Notes: generated by a model from the sequence alone, not told the origin. Shown: positions 37,500-51,500, counted from the stretch's first letter. The stretch is 64,000 nucleotides of DNA from Antedon mediterranea (GCF_964355755.1 NC_092673.1:20209648-20273647), one strand, 5' to 3'. Program-made: numbers and translations.

Positions 37500-39015
37500 A
37501 AGGAGTCTTGTAAATCAAAATTGCCAATGTTTGACCATTTCAAATTTACTTCATTGATGTCGTTTGTAACATTTGCTACAATAGTGTGATATACTATACA
37601 ATTAATACATGTTCTTTTAATTTTAAATACAGTTTCATGACAATAAATATCACCTTTATTAAGTATTTCTTAGTTTTCATTGAGAATTACCTTCCAGTTC
37701 ATTGGGATAATGCAGAATCGCACCATACAAAGGAAATTTTAATTACTTTCAATTCCATACTTTGTTTCAAGATCATTCTGCGAGAGGAAAGATCCTTTGG
37801 AATTAGTTACATCTTTAGTTGTACGGATACCTGCATTCCACCACAAGTTTTGAATATTAAAAGTTGTCTTAACGAAACAGCAATTGTAAAGTACCTGACT
37901 ATTATATTTCATTTGCAGTATCTGGATTTAGTAAATAATGGTATACACTCCAGGCTAGCAGTACGGTTCTAGGACACCTACCCCCTAGACAGTAACCCCA
38001 CGGATGTTTACCACCCGGACAACTACCCCCTTAGGACAACTACCCCCGGACAACTACTCCCAGGACAACTACCCCCTTAGGACAACTACCCCCTTAGGAT
38101 AACAACTCCCCGGACAACTACACCCTGGACAACAACCCTCTTAGGACAACTACCCCCTTAGGATAACTACCCCCCGGGTCAACTACCCCCCTGGACAACT
38201 ACCCCCCTGGACAACTACCCCCCGGACATCTACCCCTTCCCTTAGGGCTATATTTATGTTCAATCTTTTACTTTTGTTTACAATAATGAATAGTAATTCC
38301 TCAAAGTAACGAATTAAAATATAGTTATTAATTCCTATTATACACTGTTGAAGAGTCAGGTTGTTGAATGGTCTGGGTGGTAGTTGTCCGTCCGGGGGTA
38401 GTTGTTCTAAAGGGATAGTTGTCTGGGTGGTAGTTGTCCAGGGGTTAGTTGTCCTACGGAGGTAGTTCTCCTAAAAGGTTATTTGCCCTCGGAGTATTGT
38501 CCAGGTCCAGGAGGTAGTTGTCCTACGGGGAGTATTGTGTCAAAGGTAGTTGTCCGCGGGGTAATTACCCGGTGGGGGGGGGGGGGGTAATTGTCCGGGG
38601 GGGTAATTGTCCGGGGGTAATTGTTCCTAGGGGGTAATTGTCCGGGGGGTAGTTGTCCAGGGGGTAGTTGTCCTAAGGGGGTTTTTGTCCTAAGGGGGTA
38701 GTTGTCCGTGGGGTATTTGTCCGGGGGTAGTTGTCCTAAAGGGGTAGTTGTCCTAAGGGGGTAGTTGTCCAGGTGGTGGTTGTCCGGTCCGGGGGGTAGT
38801 TTTCCGGGGGGTAAATGTCCAGGGGGTGAATATCCGGATACGTAGCAGTACATCTCTATAAAATGTGGATAATTTTGTAAGCAGAGGAGATTTTTTAGAA
38901 CAATTACAAGAGAATATGTTTTTCTCACAAATGGCCTCAAACTCTGTGGTTAAAAAAACTTTCCATTTTGCATCCCCATCATCCAGGTACCGTTTTATCC
39001 AACACAATTTAAATA
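37500..39015 (-). pseudogene. Degenerate L1/Tx1 ORF2 fragment (post-RT region), split by the MULE-like element; duplicated at 34890-35060 and 42330-42800
   Basis: FKLCWIKRYLDDGDAKWKVFL..LSTFYRDVLL aligns by eye with FQVKWYRRLYENDDAKWKYL..PPFYLSVI of the 49057 ORF. Confidence 0.6.
37965..38842. mobile_element. Foldback/MULE-like non-autonomous element with GGACAACTACCCC tandem-repeat arms, 9-bp TSD TAGCAGTAC
   Basis: TSD at 37956-37964 and 38843-38851. C-rich left arm and G-rich right arm are inverted. Inserted into an L1/Tx1 fragment. Confidence 0.75.
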
Positions 39016-41268
39016 TAATCACATCGATAATTAAGGAAATTTATGAAGAAACCACTGCTTAGCCATATATTAAAAACACGATTGTTGTATGTGTGAACAC
39101 CGGCAACGCTAACAACATACATGGTCAAATGCATAATTTAATATTCTATAGATTAACGCAATTTTAATGACAGAAGATGGCAGGCAAATGATAATAATTC
39201 AAATATAAAAATTGCATATTTTATTAATATTACCAACTACTTAAAATTACCAGTCGTAAGAAAGTGAACTTTTCGTAGTCCGATTGTGATGAAACTAAAC
39301 AGAATTGTTCAGCAATATATTTTTGTTGTCAATTAATCATCGACGCAGACATGTCAATAGAACATTCAGACTGCGCATACGATTTCTACATGGTTACGTT
39401 TTGGTCTAAAAAAAATGTAACAGTTGATTCGCAGCGTTCAACAGAGGGCCGCGGTTAGAGACACGGAGTTCAATGAGCGTGTTTGTTTGATTGGCAGCAG
39501 TGCTTTAGTATAGGCAAGCGCGTCATAAAATCATTTGATGTCACCGTCGATGCATACCCTTCTATTCTTTAATCCATGGTTCGTCGCACATGCTTGTTTA
39601 TGTGGTGAAGATAACAGATCGGATCTCCCCTGTTTGGATGCTCATTAACATATCATGCATATTTATGAGTTGTTAGCTAACCATCGTTATTTAGGAATTT
39701 CTGAGCTTATGAGTTCGAAAAATGGTAAACTTATTTTGATTTTTTATAAGCGAAATCAATATTTTTTTCTGATTTTTTTTCGGCGAAAGTGAATAACTTT
39801 ATTATAACTACAAAACGGTCTATTCAAAATTTGATTTTTCTCATCTTTATTTTTCATGTTTTGGGGGACAATACAACTTTAAAGTATAAGCATAGGTGTT
39901 AGATAATTATTATCCAGCACGTTTGTTTTTAGTCATATTATAATAAAGTTGAAATAATGCTGTAACTGAGTTTAGTGATTATTTAACAGTCGGAAAGCCG
40001 CGTTGGGAAATATGACCGTTATCGCTGAATTTTTGACTTCGCATGACGTCATAAATTGTAGAAGCCCTCTCTCGGCACAGAAGCGTCAACGTTTCACGCG
40101 AAAACATTAGCATAAAGTATACGTCATTTTATAGCTGTTTAATAAACATTAATAGGCGTAAAATTAACCATATATGGTAAGATCAGTTCCTTATATGTTT
40201 AAGATGTCACAGGTCACCTAATTTTCTGAATAATTTGTTGGATTTGTTGTCAGTGACAGTTTCTTTCCAAAGTTCGTGTGCAGCCGTCAAAACTGAAGTT
40301 TTCTAACAGTTGTTTGTTTACAAATTTCCCATTAGTGGGATTTGCATCCCATACAGTGAATTACCAAAAACCCGACGTATATGGATAAAGTAAGTATCAA
40401 TAGTCTGTTTTACGTTAAAATTGGCTTGAAACCCTATTTAAGCTTCGATTACAGACTGTGCTTGTTATTAGCTGAAGGATCAGATCCTTTCCTGGAATTG
40501 ACATTCGTTATATTTTAGTTACCTAGGAGTACGTTATGTTGTAATTAATAAATAAAAATAATTCTGCTCTTTAGTGCTACTTTAAATCGTTGGGAAGAAT
40601 TAATGATGCCTGTCTATTTAGCTTAAAATCAAGAAATGTCGTTTGTGTCGCGACAGTTTGTTATAAATAAGTTAATCTTGTACATTAAAACTAGTATTTA
40701 GTTGTGATTGATTCTTGCTATACAGCTGCAAATTATACAACAACTTGTAGTGCTGGTTTATCTATTCTAAACTTATATAAACCACAATGTATTCTTGCTA
40801 GTAACAATATTCATAAACATAAAGTTATAAAAAGTACAAGAACATTATTATCGATATTTTTTCGTAACAAATAAATCGATCTGGTAAGGCTTACAAGCAA
40901 ACTGGAAGTTTGATAAAGCAAGCATTCATTGTTCTGCTTTAGGCCTACACACCTTGAGAAAAATAATGAAATCGTGAATAACAAACAGTGATACAGAAAC
41001 TGGTGGTGCTTGTTTTCTATCTTTAAGTTTTAAATAGCACAGTGTATTATTGCTCCAATATGAATAATATAAGGAAGTACAAAGTACAATAACAGGCCTC
41101 TCATTGTTACCGATCTTTTTATCTAATAAACAAATCTTTCTAGTACCGGTAAATCGGAAGTGTGGTAATTGTAAAAGAAAAAATGAAACAAATTTATGCT
41201 CCAAATATTATTTGTTTTACAGCTTTATATAAGGCAGCTTTAAAAGTTCAACAATATTTACTGATTAA

Positions 41269-41476
41269 TTTTTAGTCGCGTGGACGCGACTCAATAGTTC
41301 ACTATGTTGGTCGGTCGGTCTGTCGGTCTGTCTGTCGGTCCGGTATCACTATGCGTTTTATCGCTTTTCTGTACTTTTTGAACTGTTTTGATAATACAGA
41401 AAAGTTTTAAAGTACATTACTTTTTGAAAGTTCATTTTTTTCTAAGAGCACGCGACTTATGGCTGTTGGCCTTGTT
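41269..41476 (+). mobile_element. Second copy of the short DINE-1/HINE-like element (part of the duplication)
   Basis: Near-identical to 37264-37470. The 3' part is also at 34546-34632. Confidence 0.75.
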
Positions 41477-41483
41477 CATCAAT

Positions 41484-42311
41484 AGCCCCTTTCTCACAGA
41501 GTTGTGTGCCAGGAATATTGCGGGAATATACCATTACCATGCCGGTATGGTTTTCTGTGAGAACGGGTCGTCTTGGCATCATGCCGGCACCATGCCGGCA
41601 TCGACATGACCTGCTTTAGACCTAGTAATATTCTAGGGATATTCCCCGCAATGCCAGACGGGCATTCTGTGAGAACGTATTGCCGTTATATTCCGGGGTT
41701 CCCCGTCGAGGCTTTGACACCTTGCGCAGTCAAGTGTATCACTTTGGCGCCTATTCAATTCAATTAACAATAATAATGTCGAACTGGAGGGATAATGAGA
41801 TAAGAGAGCTGCTTAAAATAAGGGGACAAGAAGAAATTTGTAGCATAATCTATATAGGCCGCTAGGCTAGGCCATAATAGCTCTTTGTTTGTTGGTGCCT
41901 GACCTTTCGTCGCCTTGTAAATTGTAGGCCTACAGCCTTCTAAGGTGTTTTACAGATTGCCGATGACGGCAAATTAATTGCTATACCTGTATAATATATG
42001 CACAATATACTGTACGTAGCATGTATTGCATAAATATGCTATAAAGGAAGATAATAATCTGTAACCTAACATTCGCCGCCATATCATCGCTAGACAAAAA
42101 TAATAACAATAAAGAACGCCCTCAATAATTATTTTGTCAGAGACTTTTTATTGGCCGAATATGCCCGACTCCTTTCTCACAGAAAGCCGGTATATTCCGG
42201 TTATATTTCCGGCACGATAGTCCGATGAGAATGGGTATATGCCGGTAACGATACCGGCACGACGCCAGCACTGTACCGGTATATTGCAGCCACATCTGTG
42301 AGAAAGGGGCT
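41484..42311 (+). mobile_element. PIF/Harbinger-type non-autonomous element with Myb/SANT-like start fragment
   Basis: 17-bp TIR AGCCCCTTTCTCACAGA. Absent from the paralogous site at 37477. Three extra bp at the junction (AAT left, TCT right, an imperfect TSD). Internal MSNWRDNEIRELLKIRGQEEI resembles a trihelix/Myb-SANT N-terminus. Confidence 0.75.
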
Positions 42312-42801
42312 TCTGTGTAGCTTATGGAGTAACAAAAAGGAGTCTTGTAAATCAAAATTGCCCATGTTTGACCATTTCAAATTTACTTCATTGATGTCGT
42401 TTGTAACATTTGCTACAATAGTGTGATATACTATACAATTATTACATGTTCTTTTAATTTTAAATACAGTTTCATGACAATAAATATCAGCTTTATTAAG
42501 TATTTCTTAGTTTTCATTGAGAATTACCTTCCAGTTCATTGGGATAATGTAGAATCGTACCATACAAAGGAAATTTTAATTACTTTCAATTCCATACTTT
42601 GTTTCAAGATCATTCTGCGAGAAGAAAGATCCTTTGGAATTAGTTACATCTTTAATTGTACGGATACCTGCATTCCACCACAAGTTTTGAATATTAAAAG
42701 TTCTCTTAACGAAACAGCAATTGTAAAGTACCTGACTATTATATTTCATTTGCAGTATCTGGATTTAGTGAATAATGGTATACACTCCAGGCTAGCAGTA
42801 C

Positions 42802-44394
42802 GGTTCTAGGACACCTACCCCCTAGACAGTTACCCCCCCCCCCCCCGGATGTTTACCACCCGGACAACTACCCCCTTAGGACAACTACTCCCCGGACAAC
42901 TACTCCCCGGACAACTACCCCCTTAGGACAACTACCCCCTTAGGATAACAACCCCCGGGCAACTACCCCCCGGACAACAACCCCCTTAGGATAACTACCC
43001 CCGGGTAACTACCCCCGGTCAACTACCCCCCGGACAACTACCCCCTCCCTTAGGACTATATTTATGTTCAATCTTTTACTTTTGTTTACAATAATGAATA
43101 GTAATTCCTCAAAGTAACGAATTAAAATATAGTTATTAATTCCCATTATACACTGTTGCAGAGTCAGGTTGTTGAATGGTCTGGTTGGTAGTTGTCCGTC
43201 CGGGGGGTAATTGTTCTAAAGGGATAGTTGTCTGGGTGGTAGTTGTCCAGGGGTTAGTTGTCCTACGGAGGTAGTTGTCCTAAAAGATTATTTGCCCTCG
43301 GAGTATTGTCCAGGTCCAGGAGGTAGTTGTCCTACGGGGAGTATTGTGTCAGAGGTAGTTGTCCGCGGGGTAATTACCCGGGGGGGGGGGGGGTAATTGT
43401 CCGGGGGTAATTGTCAGTGGGAGATGCGGAAATTCACCACGCGATGGAATGTTTAGGGGGCCTAGCGCTTTCTTGTCACGCTATGAAGTGTGTGGTTCGT
43501 CGCAAACATACTTTGTTGGAGGCCTAGAAAATATGAAAGTTACCATACCGCCATGGTTCTTAAATATATTTTGAAGTTTTTGTTTGTTGTTAATCGAAAG
43601 TACTTCACTGTTAAATTAATACTGATCTTGTTCTAATAATTAACGATTACAATTATTTTTCATTTTATATAGTCCTGATGCCTAAAAAGTTTTGTAAGAC
43701 AATGGAAAATTTCGTCTGCTCTCTTGTCATTGGCCAATGTATAGCCTTTGTTACCCAGACGTGTGCAACTCGACTAAAAGCTTGACTTCATTAAGTCGAA
43801 CTGCAAACTTCGACTACTTCGTTTTTTAATCGAATTTGAAGTAACTACTCGAACTACGACTTTTTCAACTCCTCACTTTTCTTAGGATGTTTACCCTGTC
43901 TTGATAACGAAGTAATCTTGCAGGTTTCATCACATGTTTGGATTACTCTCGGTTTTCCATCTTGTTTAGGCTTACTGGGTTCACGTTTATGTTGTTTATG
44001 AAATGGTTAAAAGAGCTATTGGGAGGCCTAACAGATAATACCAACAATACTAGTTTTGGTAGATTTGTCCTCTGTATTTGGCACGATAGATCACGACATC
44101 CTTGTCAGTCATTTGTAGAAGGAATTTGGTATTACTGGCTCTGTTTACATTGGGTAAATACTACCATCAAGAGTAGACCTGGACTAATTGTTCCTAGTGG
44201 GTAATTGTCCGGGGGTAGTTGTCCAGGGGGTAGTTGTCCTAAGGGGGTTGTTGTCCTAAGGGGGTAGTTGTTCGGGAGGTATTTGTCCGGGGGTAGTTGT
44301 CCTAAGGGGGTAGTTGTCCAGGTGGTGGTTTTCCGGGGGGGGGGGGGGTAGTTTTCCGGGGGGTAAATGTCCAGAGGGTGAATATCCGGATACG
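42802..44394. mobile_element. Second copy of the Foldback/MULE-like element, right arm interrupted by a 755-bp duplicated segment
   Basis: TAGCAGTAC at 42793-42801 and 44395-44403. A partial right arm is also at ~34655-34885. Confidence 0.7.
43418..44172 (+). repeat. Direct copy of 46872-47610
   Basis: Near-identical from TGGGAGATGCGGAAATTCACC to TACCATCAAGA. Confidence 0.9.
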
Positions 44395-44403
44395 TAGCAG
44401 TAC

Positions 44404-45600
44404 ATCTCTATAAAATTGTAAGCAGAGGAGGTTTTTTAGAACAATTACAAGAGAATATGTTTTTCTCACAAATTGCCTCAAACTCTGTTGTTAAAAAAAA
44501 AAAAAAAAATTGGTATTGGTAAAAGTGCCTAGTCTTAAAATATTACTTCTATCAAAGTTGTCATTTAGACCAGAAAATGTAGCAGTTATCAAGAATTTAT
44601 ATTGCTGTATTCAGTAAATATTCATCCTGCAAGAAGAACACAGTATCATCTGCTAGTTGATTTATTCTTATCAGTATTTGTAATAGTAATACCTTTAAAG
44701 TGTTTATTTTGTTTCCCTGATATTTCAAGCAATTCTGCCGCAATAAATAAATAAATATGGAAATAAGGGCAACACTGTCGTTGTCCCCTCGATGGTTAAA
44801 TAATTCGAGGTAAAGCCATTATTAACTACACAGCTTGAAATATCAGTATACATTAATTTAAACCAGTTTTTTTTTATCATTTCTCCAAACCAAATGTGTC
44901 GAGGAATTCTTTAACAAACTTTATCTTATCGAAGGCTTTTTCAAAATCAACAAATAATAACAAATTATTTTAAAAAAAAGACGCTCGACACATTTGGTTT
45001 GGCTTTAAATTTTCTACAATGATCTTCCTCTATCTATCCGCAAATCCTTATGCTTTTCCTCTTTCAAAACTAGACTTATGACATTTCTCAAAACATTTAA
45101 AAATGTTTTTCTATAGCGTTTTTTTTTACATCTAATACAAGACGGATATTTTCTCTATGTAGCGATTTAAAAAAAAAAACCGTTTGTTCCAGGTTTTTTA
45201 TATTTGCCAACGTTTCTTTCATTCGTGTAGCAATTAGTTTTGCTATATTTTTGTAGTCTACGTTTAGTAGCGATATTATTGGACGCCAATTTTTTAACTC
45301 TGTTGGATTTTTTTCTCCTTTTGGTAATAAAGATATAACTCCTCTTCGTTGAGATAACATACCTGTATGTTGGGAATATGAAATTGATTGCATTAAACAT
45401 ACCTAACAACATTCCAAAACATTTTATAAAATTCTATAGGCAGAATATCAGTACCATAAGGAGACTTATTATTTTTCATAGATGTTATGGCTGCTGAATA
45501 TTCTATATCTAGAAGTTCCGAATTACATTTTTTTAAAGTCATTTTCTGAGATTCTCTCGCACTCATGCTGCTCAGTCTTGGGTTCTAACTCTAATACTAA
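44404..45600 (-). pseudogene. Degenerate L1/Tx1 RT
   Basis: SQRRGVISLLPKGEKNPTELKNWRPIISLLNVDYK, FVDFEKAFDK (~44925-44955) and INQLADDTVFFL (~44630-44665), with many frameshifts. Confidence 0.8.
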
Positions 45601-46060
45601 CCTCTGTATAGTAAACTACAAAAAATTCAGAACAGAGCTTTACGCTTTATTCTCAAACTTAATCCTATGTCACACCTCTCTGATGATCACTTTAGACTAG
45701 CCTATACCATTCCTCTTCAGAAAAGACTCCACTACCAACTTGGTTGTCTTACTTTCAAAACCCTAAATCTTCTTGCTCCTCAAGGCTTATGCCATCTCCT
45801 CACTAACATTACTGCCAATGGGAGGATGACCACTCGTCAAATCTCAAAAGGAAATCTTCACATTCCTAAACCCTCTCTTGAAATTTTCAAACTCTCCTTC
45901 AGGCCCCCTCATTTCTACAATGATCTTCCTCTATCTATCCGCAATTCCTTATGCTTTTCCTCTTTCAAAACTAGACTTATGACATTTCTCAAAACTATGT
46001 AATCCTTTTCCAGATTTTAAATTGTAAAATAGTAGATATATTTATATATATTTTATATTT
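45600..46060 (+). pseudogene. 3' fragment of CR1/L2-group LINE
   Basis: IPLQKRLHYQLGCLTFKTLNLLAP..NLHIPKP..FKLSF..FYNDLPLSIRN..FKTRL. Same family as 308-613. Confidence 0.7.
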
Positions 46061-46067
46061 TGCTTAA

Positions 46068-46413
46068 AGATATATTGTCCCCCTAAAAAAAATATTTTTT
46101 TTAAATTTTTTTGTTGAATATGTTATTTTAATGTCACATAATAATTATTCACTCTCATAAAAAATTGGGTCTGAAAAAAATTTATTTACCTGAGAAAAAT
46201 GTAATTTAAAGCAAAATATGGTCAAATTGTCTGGAAGACAATGAATTTTTGGGTAATTCAACTGTTTATTTTGTCTTTTTATAGGTGAAATAATTTTTTT
46301 CCCCGTTTTTTTTCTTATGGAAGTGAACAGCTTCATTAAAACTGCAAAATGGCCTATTCAAAGTCCGATTTTAAAAATCTTTATTTTTCATGATTTTGGG
46401 GGACAATACATCT
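46068..46413. mobile_element. Kolobok-like MITE, 346 bp, TTAA TSD
   Basis: TTAA|AGATATATTGTCCCCC ... GGGGGACAATACATCT|TTAA. Confidence 0.85.
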
Positions 46414-47439
46414 TTAATTTAACATATCAGTTATTTTCTATTTTTCAAATTTTCTTACTCGGATTTTTACGCCCGTATTCTTAAACCAAACTTTAGTCGT
46501 AGTTCAAGCTAAAACTTTAAAAATGACGTCATTTTAATTCATAAACCGAAATTCAACAAATCGCCGACTAAATCAGGCCAACCTCGACTAAATCGAGACG
46601 GATTTTGATCGATTTTTTTAGTCCTGGAGTGGGCAGGCTAAATGGTCGACTAAATGGTTTTTAACCGATGTTTATGAAAAACGTAACAGTCATTGAGTTG
46701 TTATATTGGCCAGATATTGAAGAATGAAATATCTATTTTTATATTAGCTTAATTAAACATACATTGGTATAAGTTATAATAATAAAAAACATCTTTATTT
46801 ACAACCGTATACAAATTACATTATTTTCTTCGCGCAAGTCCGACTTGAACTACGTCACGCCATAGCGACAATGGGAGATGCGGAAATTCACCACGCGATG
46901 GAATGTTTAGGGGGCCTAGCGCTTTCTTTTCACGCTATGAAGTGTGTGGTTCGTCGCAAACATACTTTGTTGGAGGCCTAGAAAATATGAAAGTTACCGT
47001 ACCGCCATGGTTCTTAAATATATTTTGAAGATTTTGTTTGTTGTTAATCGAAAGTACTTCACTGTTAAATTAATACTGATCTTGTTCTAATAATTAACGA
47101 TTACAATTATTTTTCATTTTATATAGTCCTGATGCGTAAAAAGTTTTGTAAGAAAATGGAAAATTTCGTCTGCTCTCTTGTCATTGGCCAATGTATAGCC
47201 TTTGTTACCCAGACGTGTGCAACTCGACTAAAAGCTCGACTTCATTAAGTCGAACTGCAAACTTCGACTACTTCGTTTTTTAATCGAATTTGAAGTAACT
47301 ACTCGAACTACGACTTTTTCAACTCCTCACTTTTCTTAGGATGTTTACCCTGTCTTGATAACGAAGTAATCTTGCATGGATTACTCTCGGTTTTCCATCT
47401 TGTTTAGGCTTACTGGGTGCACGTTTATGTTGTTTATGA

Positions 47440-47830
47440 AATGGTTAAAAGAGCTATTGGGAGGCCTAACAGATAATACCAACAATACTAGTTTTGGTAG
47501 ATTTGTCCTCTGTATTTGGCACGATAGATCACGACATCCTTGTCAGTCATTTGTAGAAGGAATTTGGTATTACTGGCTCTGTTTACATTGGGTAAATACT
47601 ACCATCAAGACCGTTATAGTAGAGTTTGTGAACTTGGTGAATACTCTAGAAACCATATTTTCCAGTACGGTGTTCCTCTGAGGGGTCTATGGTTGAACCT
47701 CTTATTTTCACTGTGTATGCTCAACCTATCGCTGATATTATTAAGCGTTTTGATGTAGCTTATCACATATATAATACGCTGACAATACACAATGTATGTC
47801 AGTTTTGATCATAGGTCGGAGGATGGTTTA
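47440..47830 (+). pseudogene. Highly degenerate L2/CR1 RT fragment
   Basis: Frameshifted remnants of LVDLSSVFGTIDHDIL, YGVP and YADNTQ, in RT order. Confidence 0.6.
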
Positions 47831-48012
47831 TCGGTTGCTAAACACAAACTTATTGGGTGGAACATATCACATGCTGTCGTGTAAACATGGTATATATTAA
47901 ACTAATTTGTCATTTTGGCTGGTGGTCGTGGTACACCATGACTGAATTATTCAACATTTTGACTAATGTACGAGCATGTTTGAAGTTATGCTATATAAAT
48001 AAATGAGTTTTT

Positions 48013-48496
48013 TTTTTTTTTTTATCTTATGTGGGTTCATCCCACTTTTATATCCATACCACTGTTCTCTTTACATATATTTTTCACTATACACTATACA
48101 TATCATTATATTTACAATGTTTGTTTAATCATCTGTATACATATACTTATTTAAAGAGTTTTATTCATTTGTTTACATATTATCACATTGATTACATAGC
48201 TTCCTCTTTTTAGACATATTATCTGTAACACATTTTCATTAACAAGCTTATTTTTTTTTCTTACATAGTTGTTTTTGATTTTTTCATCTACCACATTTTC
48301 ATTTAACAATGCATATTCTCTGTTATACTCATTACTTACTAAATGTTTACTGTTAACATAATATTGTATTTTTTGTTCTTTAATGTTTACAAAACCAGCA
48401 GATCCTTTTTTGCATCTATAACTTCTTAAATTTTCATTGAACGTTTTTACTTTCTTCTCTTATGTGGATTCATTCCACTTTTTTTTTTACTTATTT

Positions 48497-48537
<41 letters not shown>

Positions 48538-51500
48538 ATTTCCATATATTATTTTGTTTATACATACATTATCATTTAACCACATTGATTACATAGTTTC
48601 CTCTTTTTATACATATTATCTATAACACATTTTTTTATTTTTTTATACATACATTATCATTTAACAACATTTGTGTTTAATGATCCATTAAAAAAATTAG
48701 ACATTTTTTTTATTTTCTTTTTAACCATTTTATCATTTCAAAATTCCACTTGCAGTAAGAATGTGCAAATTACCTATATACGGCATATACAGTACCTATA
48801 ATATGAAAGCTTTGATGAAAACACTTCACCACTTAAACCTAAACCTTCTTATCCTTCATCATTTTTTTTTTTTTTATCATCAATCTATAAAAAGCTTTTC
48901 ACATTTTGTCTTTTTGTTTTCAAATCATCAAGGTATACATATTTACAAAATATACAGTATAGTAGCAAGGAAAAATAATAGATTCATCATTCATGGTATC
49001 TCATTTACATATTTTCTTCCTTAATCTGGTTGAGCATATATAGTATACCTGCAGATTTACATATTTCTTATCTTTTTTTCAGATTTAAACATTTGTAGGA
49101 GATTGATTTTTTTTTCTTTTTCCAATAAACTTAATATCTTTACTTTATAAATACAAAATGCTCCTAAAGTGTATAATTTATTTACGTAATTATTGTCAGT
49201 TTCAAATAAAAGTCTTTTGAAAGAAAAAACAGGAATATGTATGCTTACTGCTCTAATTATTTCGTTTATCTCTCTCCATAAACATTTTACTGTTATGCAC
49301 TCTACTAACATATGTTTATCATTCTCAATAACATTGCATGTGTCACAACATGGGGAATTTACAAGTCTCCACCTATGTAATCTTTTATTTGTTGGCAATA
49401 TTCTGTGCAACAATTTAAAATTAAAATGTGCCAGTTTTTTTTCTTTAAGACCAGAAACTTTCTTAACCCATATTTTTGTCCATGGCATATTACCAAATAT
49501 GGATTCCCACTTAACCTGTGCCGTAGGTGTAATATATTGAGCATCTATTATGAATCTATATAATTGTCTAGACGTCATATTTAAGACCTTATTGTTTGTA
49601 ATAGGTATATCATTTACATTAATGTCATGTGTTGATTTTAAAATACATTTCCATTCTTTTGGAATGGCTTTCAATATACATGAATATTCACTGATCCAAT
49701 TTTGTGTACATCTTAACCTTCTTTTTATCTCTATCGCAAGCTTAAACACATTATTATTTATTACATCATATATTTTTAAAAACCCTGAACTAATCCAGTT
49801 ACAGTTATATAACGGCTTCTTTTTAATACATATAAACTCATTACCCCATAATGATTGATTAATAATGTCATCATAGCTTATTGGTTCCTTATTTAATCTA
49901 TTATTACAAGCATTAGCTACTGCTATAGACTTAATAACTGAGAGGTAAAATGGTGGTACGGATATATTACACGGAACTTTTGATAAATTTGAGGTTAATG
50001 ATTTTGGGCCTATCTTTTCTATATAAAATGTAGGTAAATATTTCCATTTGGCATCATCGTTTTCATACAGTCTCCTGTACCATTTAACTTGGAAAGATAT
50101 TACCTGAGATCTGAATTCTACCATTTTTAGACCACCTTGACTGTAATTGGCACACATGGTTTTTCTTTTTATTTTCTCTTTCTTAGTTTCCCAAATGAAT
50201 TTAAAAATTAATTTATCCACCTCTTTTATTACTTTTTCTGGTACTAGCAAAATGCAGGAATTGTATATAATTTTTGAGAGCGCTAATGTTTTTACAATAG
50301 TAATTCTTCCAAAAAAAGTGAGGTGTCTTTTCTCCCATGTTTTTAGGGTATTTTCTAATGCGTCTATTTTTTCTTTCCAGTTCTTTTGATAACAATATTC
50401 CTTATCATGTCCAACATAGATACCTAATATCCGAATTGGTGTGGATGTCCAAGAAATGTTACCATGTGTGTCCTTGCAGTCTCTTAAACTGCCAAGCCAA
50501 AAAGCATTTGTTTTATTCTTATTTAATTTTAATCCAGAAACCTCTCCAAACTTTTCAATAATACTTATGCTGTTATCTATACTATTTATATCCTTTAGAA
50601 AAAGCACAGTGTCATCAGCTAGCTGTGCAATCTTAATATCTTTAAATATACCATTGCCTGCAGGAACAATCAGGCCTTTGACTATATCACATGCTCTTAT
50701 TTTTGTAGCTAGGACTTCAGCTACTAAAATAAACAATAGAGCAGACAAGGGACATCCTTGTCTAATACCTTGGTGCATTGCAAAACTTTCTGATTGCCAA
50801 CCATTATTTGTGAATATACAATTTGTATTGTTATACAGTGCTTTTACCCAGTTCACAAATGAAATACCAAAATTGAATTTATTTAAGGCTTCTATTAAAA
50901 ATGATTTATTGACACTGTCAAATGCTTTTTGGAAATCTAAACTTATAAGTATACCTTCAAGCTGTTCATTTTCCATGTAAGTAATTATGTCTTCTATTAG
51001 TCTTATATTGTCACCACCAAAGCGACCTTTTACATACCCTTTTTGGTCATTGTTTATTATATACTTTGCAACTCGATGTAATCTTGTTGTAAGAACAAAA
51101 GAAGCTATTTTGTAGTCAATATTGAGTAAAGTGATAGGGCGCCAGTTATTTAAATCTTTGTGATCACCTTTTTTGTAAATAAGGTTGATTATTCCCCTTC
51201 TTTGTGACACAGACATTTCTTGTGTGGCAAAACTATAATTTAGTGCATCACAAACAAGGTCACAGATAAGGTACCAGAAGAGTTGATAAAACTCAACTGT
51301 TAAACCGTCACTGCCTGGAGCTTTATTTTTTTTCATTTTCTTTATTGCTTGCTCACATTCGAAGAGAGAGAGATGACCCTCACACATCTCTTGTTCTGCC
51401 TCTGTGAGTTTAGTTAAATTAACATGAGATAGGTACTTATCAATTGATTTGTAAGGAACATCCTGTTTTGCATATATTTTTTTGAAGAAATTAACCTCTT

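Larger units (their letters stand above)
33975..43415. repeat. Tandem segmental duplication, ~3.95-kb unit, three copies (first internally deleted)
   Basis: Copies start at ~33975, ~35049 and ~39004. Duplicated ORF-track peptides are offset by 3955 bp (34910 vs 38865). Copy 1 jumps at ~34546 and ~34655. Copy 3 has an extra ~50 bp at ~40343 and a MITE at 41484. Confidence 0.9.

Noticed and set aside
38479-38940. Proline-rich PPGQLPP ORFs (also 34731-34985)
   Set aside because: They are read through the GGACAACTACCCC repeat arms of a non-autonomous element.
46465-47350. Possible Harbinger-like element rich in TCGACT/AGTCG motifs
   Set aside because: I could not pair termini or find a TSD.
49193-50980. 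Plus-strand ORFs antisense to L1/Tx1 ORF2
   Set aside because: They are shadow ORFs of the real minus-strand frame.
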